DNA of 64,000 nucleotides, from contig CAWDYW010000001.1 in assembly GCA_963806855.1 (NCBI GenBank), positions 1,280,001 through 1,344,000 on the forward strand. Reading direction: 5' to 3'. Under the pieces are notes generated by a model, which was given only the letters and a program-made list of their open reading frames with translations, ran no database searches and was not told where the DNA came from. Shown here piece after piece: positions 1 to 9,164 of this stretch; position 1 is the stretch's first letter, and each line of letters opens with the position of its first letter. This stretch comes from an uncultured Verrucomicrobiae bacterium (GTDB lineage Bacteria > Chlamydiota > Chlamydiia > Chlamydiales > Rhabdochlamydiaceae). The translations under genes and the position numbers were made by a program.

Positions 1-645
1 CCAGAGATTAGCGTCTGCTCGACCAAGGCTGTTAGCTGTCAGCTCGCGGTCCTCTCCTTGCTTGTGCTTAATTTTGCCAGACTTAGGCAGATGAACAAAG
101 TCAAAGGGCAAAAATTCCTAAAGGAAATCATCAAAATCCCGAGTGCAATTGAAGAGGTTCTAGAGCAGCGACCGGCTATTGAGAAACTTGCGAAAAAATA
201 TGCCTCAAAATCGGTATTTCTCTTTGTTGGGCGTCAATACATGACTCCTACCTGTTACGAGGCGGCTCTAAAACTGAAAGAGATTAGCTACTTGAGCGCT
301 TTTGCCTATCCCGCTGGAGAACTGAAACATGGGGCGATTGCTCTGATCGATTCCAATTCGGTTGTGATCGGACTTTGTGGGAATGAGAGCACCTATGATA
401 AAGTGCTCAGCAATCTGACCGAAGTGAAGGCGCGCGGTGGCCATATTATTGCCTTTGCCCCGCAGAATTCCCCTGAGATCGAGGAGATTGCCGATGAAGT
501 GATCCGCCTGCCTAGTTTAAGCGATCCCCTTTCTCCGATCGCCTATACAGTCGCTTCCCAGCTTCTTGCGTATGAATTTGCCAAAGAGCTTAAAACAGAA
601 ATCGACCAGCCCCGCAATCTGGCCAAATCGGTTACTGTTGAATAA
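1..645 (+). CDS. glmS: glutamine--fructose-6-phosphate aminotransferase, C-terminal part (5' truncated by window edge)
   Basis: EAALKLKEISY, AGELKHG and C-terminal IDQPRNLAKSVTVE motifs of the second SIS domain. Confidence 0.97.
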   Translation, partial: PEISVCSTKAVSCQLAVLSLLVLNFARLRQMNKVKGQKFLKEIIKIPSAIEEVLEQRPAIEKLAKKYASKSVFLFVGRQYMTPTCYEAALKLKEISYLSAFAYPAGELKHGAIALIDSNSVVIGLCGNESTYDKVLSNLTEVKARGGHIIAFAPQNSPEIEEIADEVIRLPSLSDPLSPIAYTVASQLLAYEFAKELKTEIDQPRNLAKSVTVE

Positions 646-675
646 AACTCGCCTGCCCCGTATTTTGGCGGAAGG

Positions 676-2124
676 ATGAAGTACCGTACTAAGCTTTATA
701 TTGCCCTTGTTGCAATTGCGTCGGTTAGCATATTGCTAGCTATTCTCATTTTTTCTGCAAAAACTGAGAAATTGCTCTTCAGTATTCTCAAAAGTCGCTC
801 GATCACAATTGTGGCCACTGCAGCGGCTCAATTAGATCCCCAGTTGTTTATTGAGGCAAATAAGGCGAGCTCAATAGATGATCCTGTCTATCAGAAGGCG
901 GTCGATGTATTGCGCAACATTCTCAACGCCAATCGGCGCGATGATCTTTATGTCTCTGAGATCTATACCCTTTATCCCGATCCGACTAATCCCAATGAAC
1001 TCCTCTTCGGTGTAGACTCTGCCCCAGCTCCAGTCGCCCCGGGAACGATCTACAATTATAGCGATAAGGACCTGATCTTAAAAAATCTCAATTCCGATTT
1101 CGCCGATCCTTCATTTACCACCGATCAATATGGGGTGTGGCTGAGCGGTTTCGCTCCCATTAAGGATGCCGGTGGAAATTATATTGCGACGCTTAGCGTA
1201 GATATCAATGCAGCCGACATCCACGACCGGATTCAAGAACTAGTCAAATTTGCTATTTGGGGGTTGATTTGTGCTCTCCTTATCGCTCTTATCATCGCGC
1301 AAATCTTATCGAAAAAAGTGACAAAATCGCTCCACCACCTTCACAATGTGGTGCAACAGATTGGCAAAGGAAATCTCCAAGCTCGATCAAATTTGGCGTC
1401 CGATGATGAATTTGGCGAACTTTCTCAAGGAATTAATGCGATGTGTCAGGGACTGCAAGAGAGGGACCGGCTCAAAATGAGCTTTGCCCGATATGTCTCT
1501 GCCCACATTCTGGATAAGATTCTCCTCTCTGAAGCGCCGCTGAAGTTAGAGGGTGAGCGGCGAAAAGTGACACTGCTCTTTTCTGATATCCGGCAGTTCA
1601 CCCACATTGCCGAAACCCTCCCTCCCGAAGATGTGGTCCAGTTGCTCAACGATTACTTCGAGCAGATGATTGAAGTGATCTTCTCCAATTCGGGCACTCT
1701 CGATAAGTTCATTGGAGATGGGATTATGGCCGAATTTGGCGCCCCCCTCGATGATACAAGCCAAGAGGAGCATGCGATTCACACTGCAATCCAAATGCAC
1801 AAAGAGTTGATCAAGTTATGCGATAAATGGGAAAAGCAAAAGAAACCGCGGATCCAGATAGGTGTGGGAATCCATACTGGCGAAGCGGTGGTGGGAAATA
1901 TCGGTTCTGAAAAGCGAATTGAATATACCGCTATTGGCGATACTGTCAACGTTGCTGCCCGCCTTGAACAGGCGACAAAGATCCTCAACGTCCCAATCTT
2001 AGTAAGCGAAAAGACCTATCTCGGCGCTAAGGATAAATTCCCCTTCCGAGATCTCGGGCTGATGGCTCTTCCTGGACGTAAGGAGCAAATCCGGGTCTAC
2101 ACAATCGACCTGGACAAACTTTAA
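676..2124 (+). CDS. membrane-bound class III adenylate/guanylate cyclase with periplasmic sensor and HAMP domain
   Basis: two TM segments, HAMP (DEFGELSQGINAM), cyclase motifs LLFSDIRQFT, DKFIGDGIMA, GIHTG, YTAIGDTVNVAARLE. Confidence 0.95.
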   Translation: MKYRTKLYIALVAIASVSILLAILIFSAKTEKLLFSILKSRSITIVATAAAQLDPQLFIEANKASSIDDPVYQKAVDVLRNILNANRRDDLYVSEIYTLYPDPTNPNELLFGVDSAPAPVAPGTIYNYSDKDLILKNLNSDFADPSFTTDQYGVWLSGFAPIKDAGGNYIATLSVDINAADIHDRIQELVKFAIWGLICALLIALIIAQILSKKVTKSLHHLHNVVQQIGKGNLQARSNLASDDEFGELSQGINAMCQGLQERDRLKMSFARYVSAHILDKILLSEAPLKLEGERRKVTLLFSDIRQFTHIAETLPPEDVVQLLNDYFEQMIEVIFSNSGTLDKFIGDGIMAEFGAPLDDTSQEEHAIHTAIQMHKELIKLCDKWEKQKKPRIQIGVGIHTGEAVVGNIGSEKRIEYTAIGDTVNVAARLEQATKILNVPILVSEKTYLGAKDKFPFRDLGLMALPGRKEQIRVYTIDLDKL

Positions 2125-2684
2125 TGGAAAAATCTCTACATCAAAAAGAACTAGAAAATCGGGCAAAACACTCTTTTGACGAACTCTATCAAGGGAGGCT
2201 ATTTTCTCTTAGACGGGAGAGGCTCGAGTTTGAAGACCATACCTATGATTGGGATGTCGTGATCCATCCAGGCGCTGTTGCCGCAATTCCTGTGAAGAAA
2301 AATGGGCAATTGATCCTCATCCAGCAGTGGCGCCGGACGATTGGCCAAATCATCTATGAAATTCCTGCGGGCGTACTCGAAAAGGGGGAACCCCCTCTCA
2401 CTGCAATCGACCGGGAGCTGCAAGAGGAAATTGGGTATAAGTCCAAAAAGATCACCCCTCTGGGGGGATTCTATTCGACCCCAGGCTTTTGCACAGAGTA
2501 CATTCACCTCTTTGTCGCCCAAGATCTCACTCCCAGCTCCCTTCCCGGCGACCTCCATGAGGCGATCGATATCGTCGAGATGAGCTTGGAGGAAGCATTG
2601 AGATTAGTTGACTCGGGACAAATCGTCGATATGAAGACGATTGCGGGTTTGTTACGTTATCAACGATGGTTAGAACAGAATTAA
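2124..2684 (+). CDS. NUDIX hydrolase (ADP-ribose pyrophosphatase-like)
   Basis: Nudix box EIPAGVLEKGE...RELQEEIG, plus HPGAV and YSTPGF. Confidence 0.92.
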   Translation: MEKSLHQKELENRAKHSFDELYQGRLFSLRRERLEFEDHTYDWDVVIHPGAVAAIPVKKNGQLILIQQWRRTIGQIIYEIPAGVLEKGEPPLTAIDRELQEEIGYKSKKITPLGGFYSTPGFCTEYIHLFVAQDLTPSSLPGDLHEAIDIVEMSLEEALRLVDSGQIVDMKTIAGLLRYQRWLEQN

Positions 2685-2708
2685 ACGCAAACTCGCAAAG
2701 AAATTTTT

Positions 2709-2818
2709 GGGTTTGGGGAGCAACGGAACAGCAACGTAAAGCTCTTCATAATAGTCCCGTCAGTCTCTACTGCTTGACCTCTTTACGGAGTTTTCTGTTT
2801 CATTGCTCCCAAACTCCC
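2709..2818. repeat. imperfect palindromic intergenic element
   Basis: GGTTTGGGGAGCAA..CAG..CGTAAAG arm pairs with CTTTACG..CTG..TTGCTCCCAAACTCCC; a partial left arm recurs at ~3562-3587. Confidence 0.55.
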
Positions 2819-2887
2819 ACAAAGGCCTTCAGCTTTTCAGTTAAGGTACACACTTTTTTCCTATTATTTGCAGGATCTGGGTTATTC

Positions 2888-3460
2888 TTATTTTGGCAGA
2901 CGCGATTTAAGCAGCTCTATGTCAGCACTGTGGAAGTTAAACATGCTGCAGGCGGCTCCCATTAATCGCTCTAGATCCGAACATCTATGCTTTAGTGATT
3001 GGTTAGTTCTTTGAAAGTTGGCGGTCAATTGTTGATTGGAGCCTTCAAGCTGCGCACATCTTTGCTGTAGTTCTTGGTTAGATCCTTGAAGGTTGGCGGT
3101 CAATTGCTGATTGGCGCTTTCAAGACGCTCACATCTTTGCTGTAGTTCTTGGTTAGATCCTTGAAGGTTGGCGGTTAATTGCTGATTGGCGCTTTCAAGA
3201 CGCTCACATCTTTGCTGTAGTTCTTGGTTAGACCTTTGAAAGTTGGCTGTCAATTGCTGATTGTTGCTTTCAAGCCGCTCACATCTTTGCTGTAGTTCTT
3301 GTAACTTTTCATTCTGATGGTATAATTTATTTTCGAAATCCAGCTTTGAAAATTGATCTATTGTTTTCTGAGCTGTATCGTCGATTAAAAATGGATTAAA
3401 TGGATCTGTTCGTGGACTCTGAACATCCGAAGTTGTTCTTGGTGAAACTGCGCCTGCCAT
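2888..3460 (-). CDS. orphan coiled-coil protein with four 25-aa tandem repeats
   Basis: ELQQRCERLESANQQLTANLQGSNQ x4; Ser/Thr/Pro-rich N-terminus; GGAG upstream of ATG. Confidence 0.75.
   Translation of the reverse strand: MAGAVSPRTTSDVQSPRTDPFNPFLIDDTAQKTIDQFSKLDFENKLYHQNEKLQELQQRCERLESNNQQLTANFQRSNQELQQRCERLESANQQLTANLQGSNQELQQRCERLESANQQLTANLQGSNQELQQRCAQLEGSNQQLTANFQRTNQSLKHRCSDLERLMGAACSMFNFHSADIELLKSRLPK
3000..3300. repeat. 75-bp coding tandem repeat, ~4 copies
   Basis: CATCTTTGCTGTAGTTCTTG recurs at 3057, 3132, 3207 and 3282. Confidence 0.95.
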
Positions 3461-3606
3461 ACTTATTGACTCCTGTTGGTTTTTGCAAATAGCTTATTTA
3501 ATCTCGAGTTTTTATTTCAATCCTAAAGATAAAATTGTCGGAAATCTTTGCAGATTTATTTTTTTAGGGGTTTAGGAAGCAACGGAATACTTGGCGTTGA
3601 AAAAAT

Positions 3607-4662
3607 CTACGCTACTGTAATTTCCTTACACAAGTAGACATCCTGGATGGCGTGGAGCAGCTGCACCCCATCTTTCATCGGTCTTTGGAACGCTTTTCTT
3701 CCTGAGATGAGTCCCATTCCGCCGGCCCGTTTATTGATGGTGGCAGTCGCGACCGCTTCGGCGAGATCGTTCTCGCCTGATGCGCCCCCTGAATTGATCA
3801 AGCCAACACGACCCATGTAATCGTTGATCACTTGATAGCGGGTCAAGTCGATTGGGTGATCAGAGCATAGGTCGGTGTACATTTTCTCGGTCTCTTTTCC
3901 GAATTTGAGCGCTTTGAATCCACCGTTGTTTTCAGGCAGTTTTTGTTTGACGATATCGGCCCCAATTGTACACCCGAGGTGGTTTCCTTGCCCGGTGAGG
4001 TCAGCTGCGAGGTGGTAGTCTTTCTCTTTGGTTTTAAAGGCTTCATTGCGCAGGTAGCACCAGAGGACAGTGACCATCCCGAGTTCATGGGCCATTTCGA
4101 AGGCTTTGCTCACTTCGACCAGTTGGCGGCGACTTTCTGCTGAGCCAAAGTAGATGGTGGCTCCAACGGCGGCACAACCCATCTCATGGGCTTGCTTAAT
4201 CGAGGCGAACATCACCTGGTCGTGGATATTGGGGTAGCGGAGAAGCTCGTTGTGGTTAAATTTCAAGAGATAGGGGATTTTGTGGGCATATTTGCGGGCG
4301 GTTAGGCTAAGGACTCCTAGAGTGGTCGCCACGGCGTTGCAGCCCCCTTCGATCGCCAGTTTAATGATATTTTCTGGATCGAAGTATTCGGGATTCTTGG
4401 CAAAAGAGGCGCCAGCTGTGTGTTCAATCCCTTGATCGACAGGGAGAATCGAGAGGTAACCGGTTTTGCCTAAGCGACCGTGGCCAATGATCTGTTGCAG
4501 ATTGCGCAGAACATTGATATTGCGATCCGATTGAGCAAAGATCCGATCGACCCAATCGGGGCCTGGGATATGGAGGGCCGCTTTAGATACTTTTGCTTTG
4601 TGATTGAGCAGGTACTCGGCTTGAGCACCTAGTGTCTTTTGAATATCGCTATAAGAGGTCAT
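3607..4662 (-). CDS. fbaB: class I fructose-bisphosphate aldolase (DhnA/FbaB type)
   Basis: [39 protein letters not shown]. Confidence 0.97.
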   Translation of the reverse strand: MTSYSDIQKTLGAQAEYLLNHKAKVSKAALHIPGPDWVDRIFAQSDRNINVLRNLQQIIGHGRLGKTGYLSILPVDQGIEHTAGASFAKNPEYFDPENIIKLAIEGGCNAVATTLGVLSLTARKYAHKIPYLLKFNHNELLRYPNIHDQVMFASIKQAHEMGCAAVGATIYFGSAESRRQLVEVSKAFEMAHELGMVTVLWCYLRNEAFKTKEKDYHLAADLTGQGNHLGCTIGADIVKQKLPENNGGFKALKFGKETEKMYTDLCSDHPIDLTRYQVINDYMGRVGLINSGGASGENDLAEAVATATINKRAGGMGLISGRKAFQRPMKDGVQLLHAIQDVYLCKEITVA

Positions 4663-4667
4663 GATTT

Positions 4668-6264
4668 CTGTTCCTAAAAATGTGTTAAAATGTGTTTATT
4701 TTGTTTCGCTCTCTGATGGACCGTCTGGTTTTGGCGAGATTCCGCTCTTCCAACTATGACATTTTCAGTCTCGATAGGGGTGGTGGACACATCCCTACTA
4801 CGGTTTCTAGAGTCCTGCCCGGAACAGTCAGAGGTTTCCCCCATTTCCACTCGGCGATGGAACCTGCTTTGAAGAATGATTTTTACTTGACGGTAAGGCG
4901 TATACAGTCCGATCTCACGATCGCCCAATCTTCTGGCATAGTTCAATGCGGCAATCCGATCTGCTATGTCCTCATGTCCACAATATAGACATTGAAAACG
5001 GTCTCCACTGCGATTTCGTTGATCCACAAATTCGCAGAAGGGACAGCTTTGAGAGCCATAGGCTGGATTGACCTGCTCATGACGGAAACCTTCCGCCAAC
5101 GCTTTAAATGCAACTCGATCTTGTAATTTACCTCTCATCCAAGAGGATAATCTTCTGTTCACTTCCTTGGATTTTTCGTATTTGAAGGCATGTCGGAGGT
5201 TTTCTGTGACCAAGAGGGAAGGATTTTTAGTTTGGATAAGTTGGTTGATGGCGGTGTTGATTTGTTTTTCTAATGTTGCTTTAACTCGTTTGGAGTTGGA
5301 ATGCTGTTTTTTCTTTCCAAGATTATATTTTCGGAGCCTTTTTGCTTGCTCGGGGTTGGAAATTCTTAGTTTTTTCTCAATGGAGTGCAGCTTGTGCCGC
5401 TTCTTCATTTTTATAGATAGGTCGTCTGAGCTTTTAGCGAGCGTTGCACCAAATTGTGTTCCATAGCGGGTGCCTTGGGTATCGGTCATCACTTCGGTAT
5501 ATCCAAAATCAACCGCCTCTGGGGGCGTTTTAGGAAGCTTTTTCTTTTTTAGTTCATATGGTATGTGAAGCTGAATGCTGTCTTCCGTCATGACGAGTGT
5601 GATTGTGCCGGTGATGGATGTTTTGCCACAGAGGGGTATACAAATCCGTTTGCCTGGTATAAGGGACATGAGTTTGATGTATTGGCGCCCCTTTTCTTCA
5701 AACACATCATAACATTCGGCATCAAATCGAACGCTTCTACATTTTTTAACACTCGGGGGTTTCCCTTTGCACTCCCTGGTGAGTTTTCTCACATAACCTG
5801 CAATGCGCCTTTTATCAGATTTTTCAATTGGGAAGGAAGGATCAGGGCAGTTTCCTTGCATCATCCCTGCAAATGGTGTGTAGCTCTTTAGGAGCCAGTA
5901 GGCATAATGACGCTCTGTCTCGGATAGATCTTTGCGGAGAGCTATCTTTGAGCGGACTTTAACAAAGGTGGCTCGCCAGTACTTATTCCAAGTTTCCGCC
6001 GCATCTTCAAGGGCAAGTTTCCAATGCCGAGCTTGTAATCTATAGGAAGATTTATATTCTTGTTTGATCATCATGTCACGGATAGTACGAGATCTGCCTA
6101 AAAGAGCTTGGAAGTCCCACGCTTGGAATCGGTGCAGCCAATACTGTTTTTCATGGATATACCTATGGCATAGTTCATGGAGATCAATCCGTTTTTTCGC
6201 ATTAGGTTGTAAAGTTTCACGCTTAACTATTCTCAATATCTATTGCCATTTTGATTTATTTTTA
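4668..6264 (-). mobile_element. non-autonomous TnpB-only element (IS200/IS605/IS607 superfamily); ends inferred
   Basis: tnpB with no tnpA; CAG at both junctions on the minus strand (..GGCAGCAG|TAAAAAT ... TTTAGGAACAG|AAATCATG of fbaB). Confidence 0.6.
4674..6236 (-). CDS. tnpB: RNA-guided endonuclease TnpB family protein
   Basis: RuvC-I AVDFG, Ruv[21 protein letters not shown]...CLYCG zinc ribbon, Ruv[12 protein letters not shown]; catalytic D-E-D appears intact. Confidence 0.92.
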   Translation of the reverse strand: MRIVKRETLQPNAKKRIDLHELCHRYIHEKQYWLHRFQAWDFQALLGRSRTIRDMMIKQEYKSSYRLQARHWKLALEDAAETWNKYWRATFVKVRSKIALRKDLSETERHYAYWLLKSYTPFAGMMQGNCPDPSFPIEKSDKRRIAGYVRKLTRECKGKPPSVKKCRSVRFDAECYDVFEEKGRQYIKLMSLIPGKRICIPLCGKTSITGTITLVMTEDSIQLHIPYELKKKKLPKTPPEAVDFGYTEVMTDTQGTRYGTQFGATLAKSSDDLSIKMKKRHKLHSIEKKLRISNPEQAKRLRKYNLGKKKQHSNSKRVKATLEKQINTAINQLIQTKNPSLLVTENLRHAFKYEKSKEVNRRLSSWMRGKLQDRVAFKALAEGFRHEQVNPAYGSQSCPFCEFVDQRNRSGDRFQCLYCGHEDIADRIAALNYARRLGDREIGLYTPYRQVKIILQSRFHRRVEMGETSDCSGQDSRNRSRDVSTTPIETENVIVGRAESRQNQTVHQRAKQNKHILTHF

Positions 6265-6282
6265 CTGCTGCCAGATGGGGAA

Positions 6283-6310
6283 ATTCTACCATATCCTTTT
6301 GCAAAATCAA
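6283..6310 (-). promoter_or_regulatory. putative sigma70/sigma66 promoter upstream of tnpB-fbaB
   Basis: minus strand TTGATT-N16-TAGAAT with TG at the extended -10 position. Confidence 0.5.
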
Positions 6311-6350
6311 GTCTTTTTTATGAGCTTTAAATATGCTCTTTCGATCCGAT

Positions 6351-6508
6351 CCTAGCTCATAGATTGGGCCAGTTTTCGCCGGCTGCGAGGCATCCATCTG
6401 CAGTGCCTTTTTCCTCATCCATAGTGCCTTCGGCTATGGACGCGTCAAAAATCGCTGCATCTGGAACCTCTCGTTCGGCCAAAATTCTGGCCGAATCTAT
6501 GAGCAAGG
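6351..6508. repeat. ~150-bp palindromic element (RPE/MITE-like)
   Basis: GCTCATAGATTGGGCCAG ... CTGGCCGAATCTATGAGC terminal IR; inner TCCATAG..CTATGGA stem. Confidence 0.8.
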
Positions 6509-6531
6509 CCCTTTTCGCCGATGTTAAAGTT

Positions 6532-7689
6532 TTATTGTACAAATAGCAAGAGGCTCTTTAGATAGCCTCCTTCTGGATGGGTAATCGCTATAGGATGATC
6601 AGGTGCTTGGGCGTGGCCGCCGATAATCTGGACAAAACGGCCCGCTCTTCGACTCGCAGTGAAAATAGCCAATTGGAAGAGGGTTTCATCGACAAAATGG
6701 GAGCAAGAGCAGGTGAGCAGAAGGGAATTTGGTGGCAGTTTGCGCAGAACCTTTTCGTTCAATTTTTGGTACCCTTTCAGCGCATGGTCAAGGTTCCCCT
6801 TTTTCTTCGCAAATGCGGGTGGATCGAGAATCACGAGGTTATAATCAAGGCTCTCTCGGTCTAAAAATTCGAAGACATCAGACTGAACGACAGAGTGGTT
6901 TTCTAGATTGTTCAGGAGGCTATTTTCTTGCGCGAGACGGCACGCTTTGGCGCAGCTGTCGACGCTAGTGACAGATAGGGCGCCCCCGTTTAAGGCGTAG
7001 ATGCTAAACCCGCCGCTATAGGCAAAACAGTTGAGCACTTTGCGCCCCTTTGCCAGCTGCCCCACCTGAGCGCGCATTGAGCGCTGGTCGAGGAAAAAAC
7101 CGGTCTTTTGCCCTGATGGGAGCGAGACTGCAAACTTCAGCCCATTTTCCAAAATCTCGATTGTGTCGGGGACCTCTCCGTAGAGGAGCCCTTCCGAGGG
7201 TTGCAGCCCCTCTTCTTGGCGTGAAGGTGAAAGCGATTTCTCATAGATCCCTTTAGGCTTAAGCCGCGCAATGAGCTGCTCAATAAAAAAATTCCTTAGA
7301 TTGTCGATGCCCCGGGTGTGGATTTGGATGGCCAGGTAGCCGTTGTAAAAATCGACGATGAGCCCAGGGAGTCCATCCCCTTCGCCATTGATCAAGCGAT
7401 AGGCATTTGTCGAGGAATTGAACAATTGTTTCCTCATCAAAATCGCTTGATCGAGTTTTTTTTCGAGCAATCCCTTGATCTCCCCCTCTTCAAAGGAGAG
7501 AATTCGACCGACCAGCGAGTTGCCGGGATTAAAGTAGCCTTGGGCTAAGAACTGCCCTTCAGCAGAATAGATGGGGAGGATGGATCCAGGCGAAATTGTG
7601 GGAAGCGAGGCTAACGCTCCCGAAAAAACCCAGGGATGACCACGTAGAAGCGCTTTCTCGCGCCCTTTCTTTAAGATTACTTTATTCAT
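6532..7689 (-). CDS. rlmI: class I SAM-dependent rRNA methyltransferase (RlmI family)
   Basis: GHPWVFSG PUA domain, EGDGLPGL, GQKTGFFLDQR, ILDPPAF, TCSCS. Confidence 0.9.
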   Translation of the reverse strand: MNKVILKKGREKALLRGHPWVFSGALASLPTISPGSILPIYSAEGQFLAQGYFNPGNSLVGRILSFEEGEIKGLLEKKLDQAILMRKQLFNSSTNAYRLINGEGDGLPGLIVDFYNGYLAIQIHTRGIDNLRNFFIEQLIARLKPKGIYEKSLSPSRQEEGLQPSEGLLYGEVPDTIEILENGLKFAVSLPSGQKTGFFLDQRSMRAQVGQLAKGRKVLNCFAYSGGFSIYALNGGALSVTSVDSCAKACRLAQENSLLNNLENHSVVQSDVFEFLDRESLDYNLVILDPPAFAKKKGNLDHALKGYQKLNEKVLRKLPPNSLLLTCSCSHFVDETLFQLAIFTASRRAGRFVQIIGGHAQAPDHPIAITHPEGGYLKSLLLFVQ

Positions 7690-9070
7690 TAATCATTGCT
7701 AGTGGGGACACTTTCTTTTTCGGTTTTGCTCCGATTGATCCCCCTATTAAATCGTAATCGATCACATCGGTAATGCTGACCTGATGGAGACGACCAAATT
7801 CTTTGACGTGGCGGCAGTCGTTGATGATCACCTGCCCATCGATTTCTGGACATTGGCCATAAAAGCGGCCTCTCATCAAGAATTCTGAGTCGGGGTGGTA
7901 TCCCTCGACCATCACCTCGAGTGTCTTCCCAATGTATTTTTGATTGAGTTTGCGGACGACGCCCATCTGGGTCTTCATTAGCTTGTCATACCGCTTTCGT
8001 TTGATTTCATCAGTAAGATGTCCAGGCAATTTGGCAGCGTGAGCCTCTTTTTCTAAGGAGAATTGGAAGACGCCGATGTTATCGAGCGGATAATCTTTGA
8101 CAAATTGGACTAGCTCTTCAAACTGGGCATCTGTTTCCCCAGGGAATCCGACCATCAGGCTGGTTCGGATAATAGAATGAGGAATATGGGCGCGCAATTT
8201 TTCATAGGTAGAGATGATATGTTCCCGGTTGGTTTTGCGCCGCATGGACTTGAGGATTTCGGAGTTGATGTGTTGGATCGGCATATCCAAGTAGGGCAAG
8301 AGGCGTCCATCGCCTTTCATGATTTGGATCAGCTCATCGCTAATTTCGTCAGGGTAGAGATAGAGGAGTCGGATCCAAAAATCCCCCTTCTCTTTCAGCA
8401 TTTCTTTGAGCAGAGCCTCCAAAGCTCCCTTTTCTTTCCGCTCTTTGCCAAAGTCGCCCAAATCTTGCGCGATTAAAATGATTTCAAAGACCCCCTGATT
8501 GCGCAGAGCTCGAAATTCTTTGATCACCTGCTCTTGGCTTTTGCTTTTCAGAGGTCCTTTAATGGTCGGGATGATGCAGAAGCTGCACCGCTTGGCACAT
8601 CCTTCGGCGATTTTTAGGTAGGCAAAATGGGAGGGGGTTGAGAGGCGGCGTGGCACTTCGCCCCACTCGAGAAAGCTCCGAGCCGAGGTGATCGACTCCC
8701 CTTCGCTTCCAGAGTCGAGGGCATCGAGAATTTTTTCCACATCGCCGGGTCCGAGCATGTAATGAATTTCGGGAAAGGCCCCTTTGAGGACGCTGCTGTG
8801 TTTTTGAACCATGCAGCCGGTTACCACAATTTTGGCGCTCTCTTTCTTCTCTTTGAAAAGGTCATCGAGTGTATCGAGCGCTTCCTGGCGGGCAGACTCT
8901 AAGAATCCGCAGGTGTTGACCACCAAATAATCGGCTTCGGTCTCGTTGCCGGTCAGCTCGTAGCCAGCTTTGAGGACCATTCCAAGCATCACTTCTGTGT
9001 CGACGAGATTTCGAGCACATCCGAGACTGGTAAAATGAATTTTATTTCCACGTACGATAGGCTTTGACAT
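7682..9070 (-). CDS. rimO: ribosomal protein S12 methylthiotransferase
   Basis: SLGCARNLVDTE, YLKIAEGCAKRCSFCIIP radical-SAM motif, PEIDG TRAM region. Confidence 0.95.
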   Translation of the reverse strand: MSKPIVRGNKIHFTSLGCARNLVDTEVMLGMVLKAGYELTGNETEADYLVVNTCGFLESARQEALDTLDDLFKEKKESAKIVVTGCMVQKHSSVLKGAFPEIHYMLGPGDVEKILDALDSGSEGESITSARSFLEWGEVPRRLSTPSHFAYLKIAEGCAKRCSFCIIPTIKGPLKSKSQEQVIKEFRALRNQGVFEIILIAQDLGDFGKERKEKGALEALLKEMLKEKGDFWIRLLYLYPDEISDELIQIMKGDGRLLPYLDMPIQHINSEILKSMRRKTNREHIISTYEKLRAHIPHSIIRTSLMVGFPGETDAQFEELVQFVKDYPLDNIGVFQFSLEKEAHAAKLPGHLTDEIKRKRYDKLMKTQMGVVRKLNQKYIGKTLEVMVEGYHPDSEFLMRGRFYGQCPEIDGQVIINDCRHVKEFGRLHQVSITDVIDYDLIGGSIGAKPKKKVSPLAMINE

Positions 9071-9164
9071 AGGGCTATGATCATAGCAGTTCGTTCTATT
9101 ATTTCCTATTGGTTTTTAAGGCAGAAATCCCCTATCATCTCTTCTTTACCCATTTGAGGAAAAG

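Noticed and set aside
3000..3300. Tandem repeats (also 41911-42466) as CRISPR arrays
   Set aside because: No unique spacers; periods are multiples of 3 inside ORFs; no cas genes
4674..6236. TnpB as Cas12 or as a nuclease-dead TldR repressor
   Set aside because: No CRISPR array nearby, and the RuvC catalytic residues appear intact
6233..6546. Three ~60-aa ORFs as tnpA remnant or real genes
   Set aside because: No serine-recombinase or HUH motif; they overlap a palindromic element and the predicted promoter
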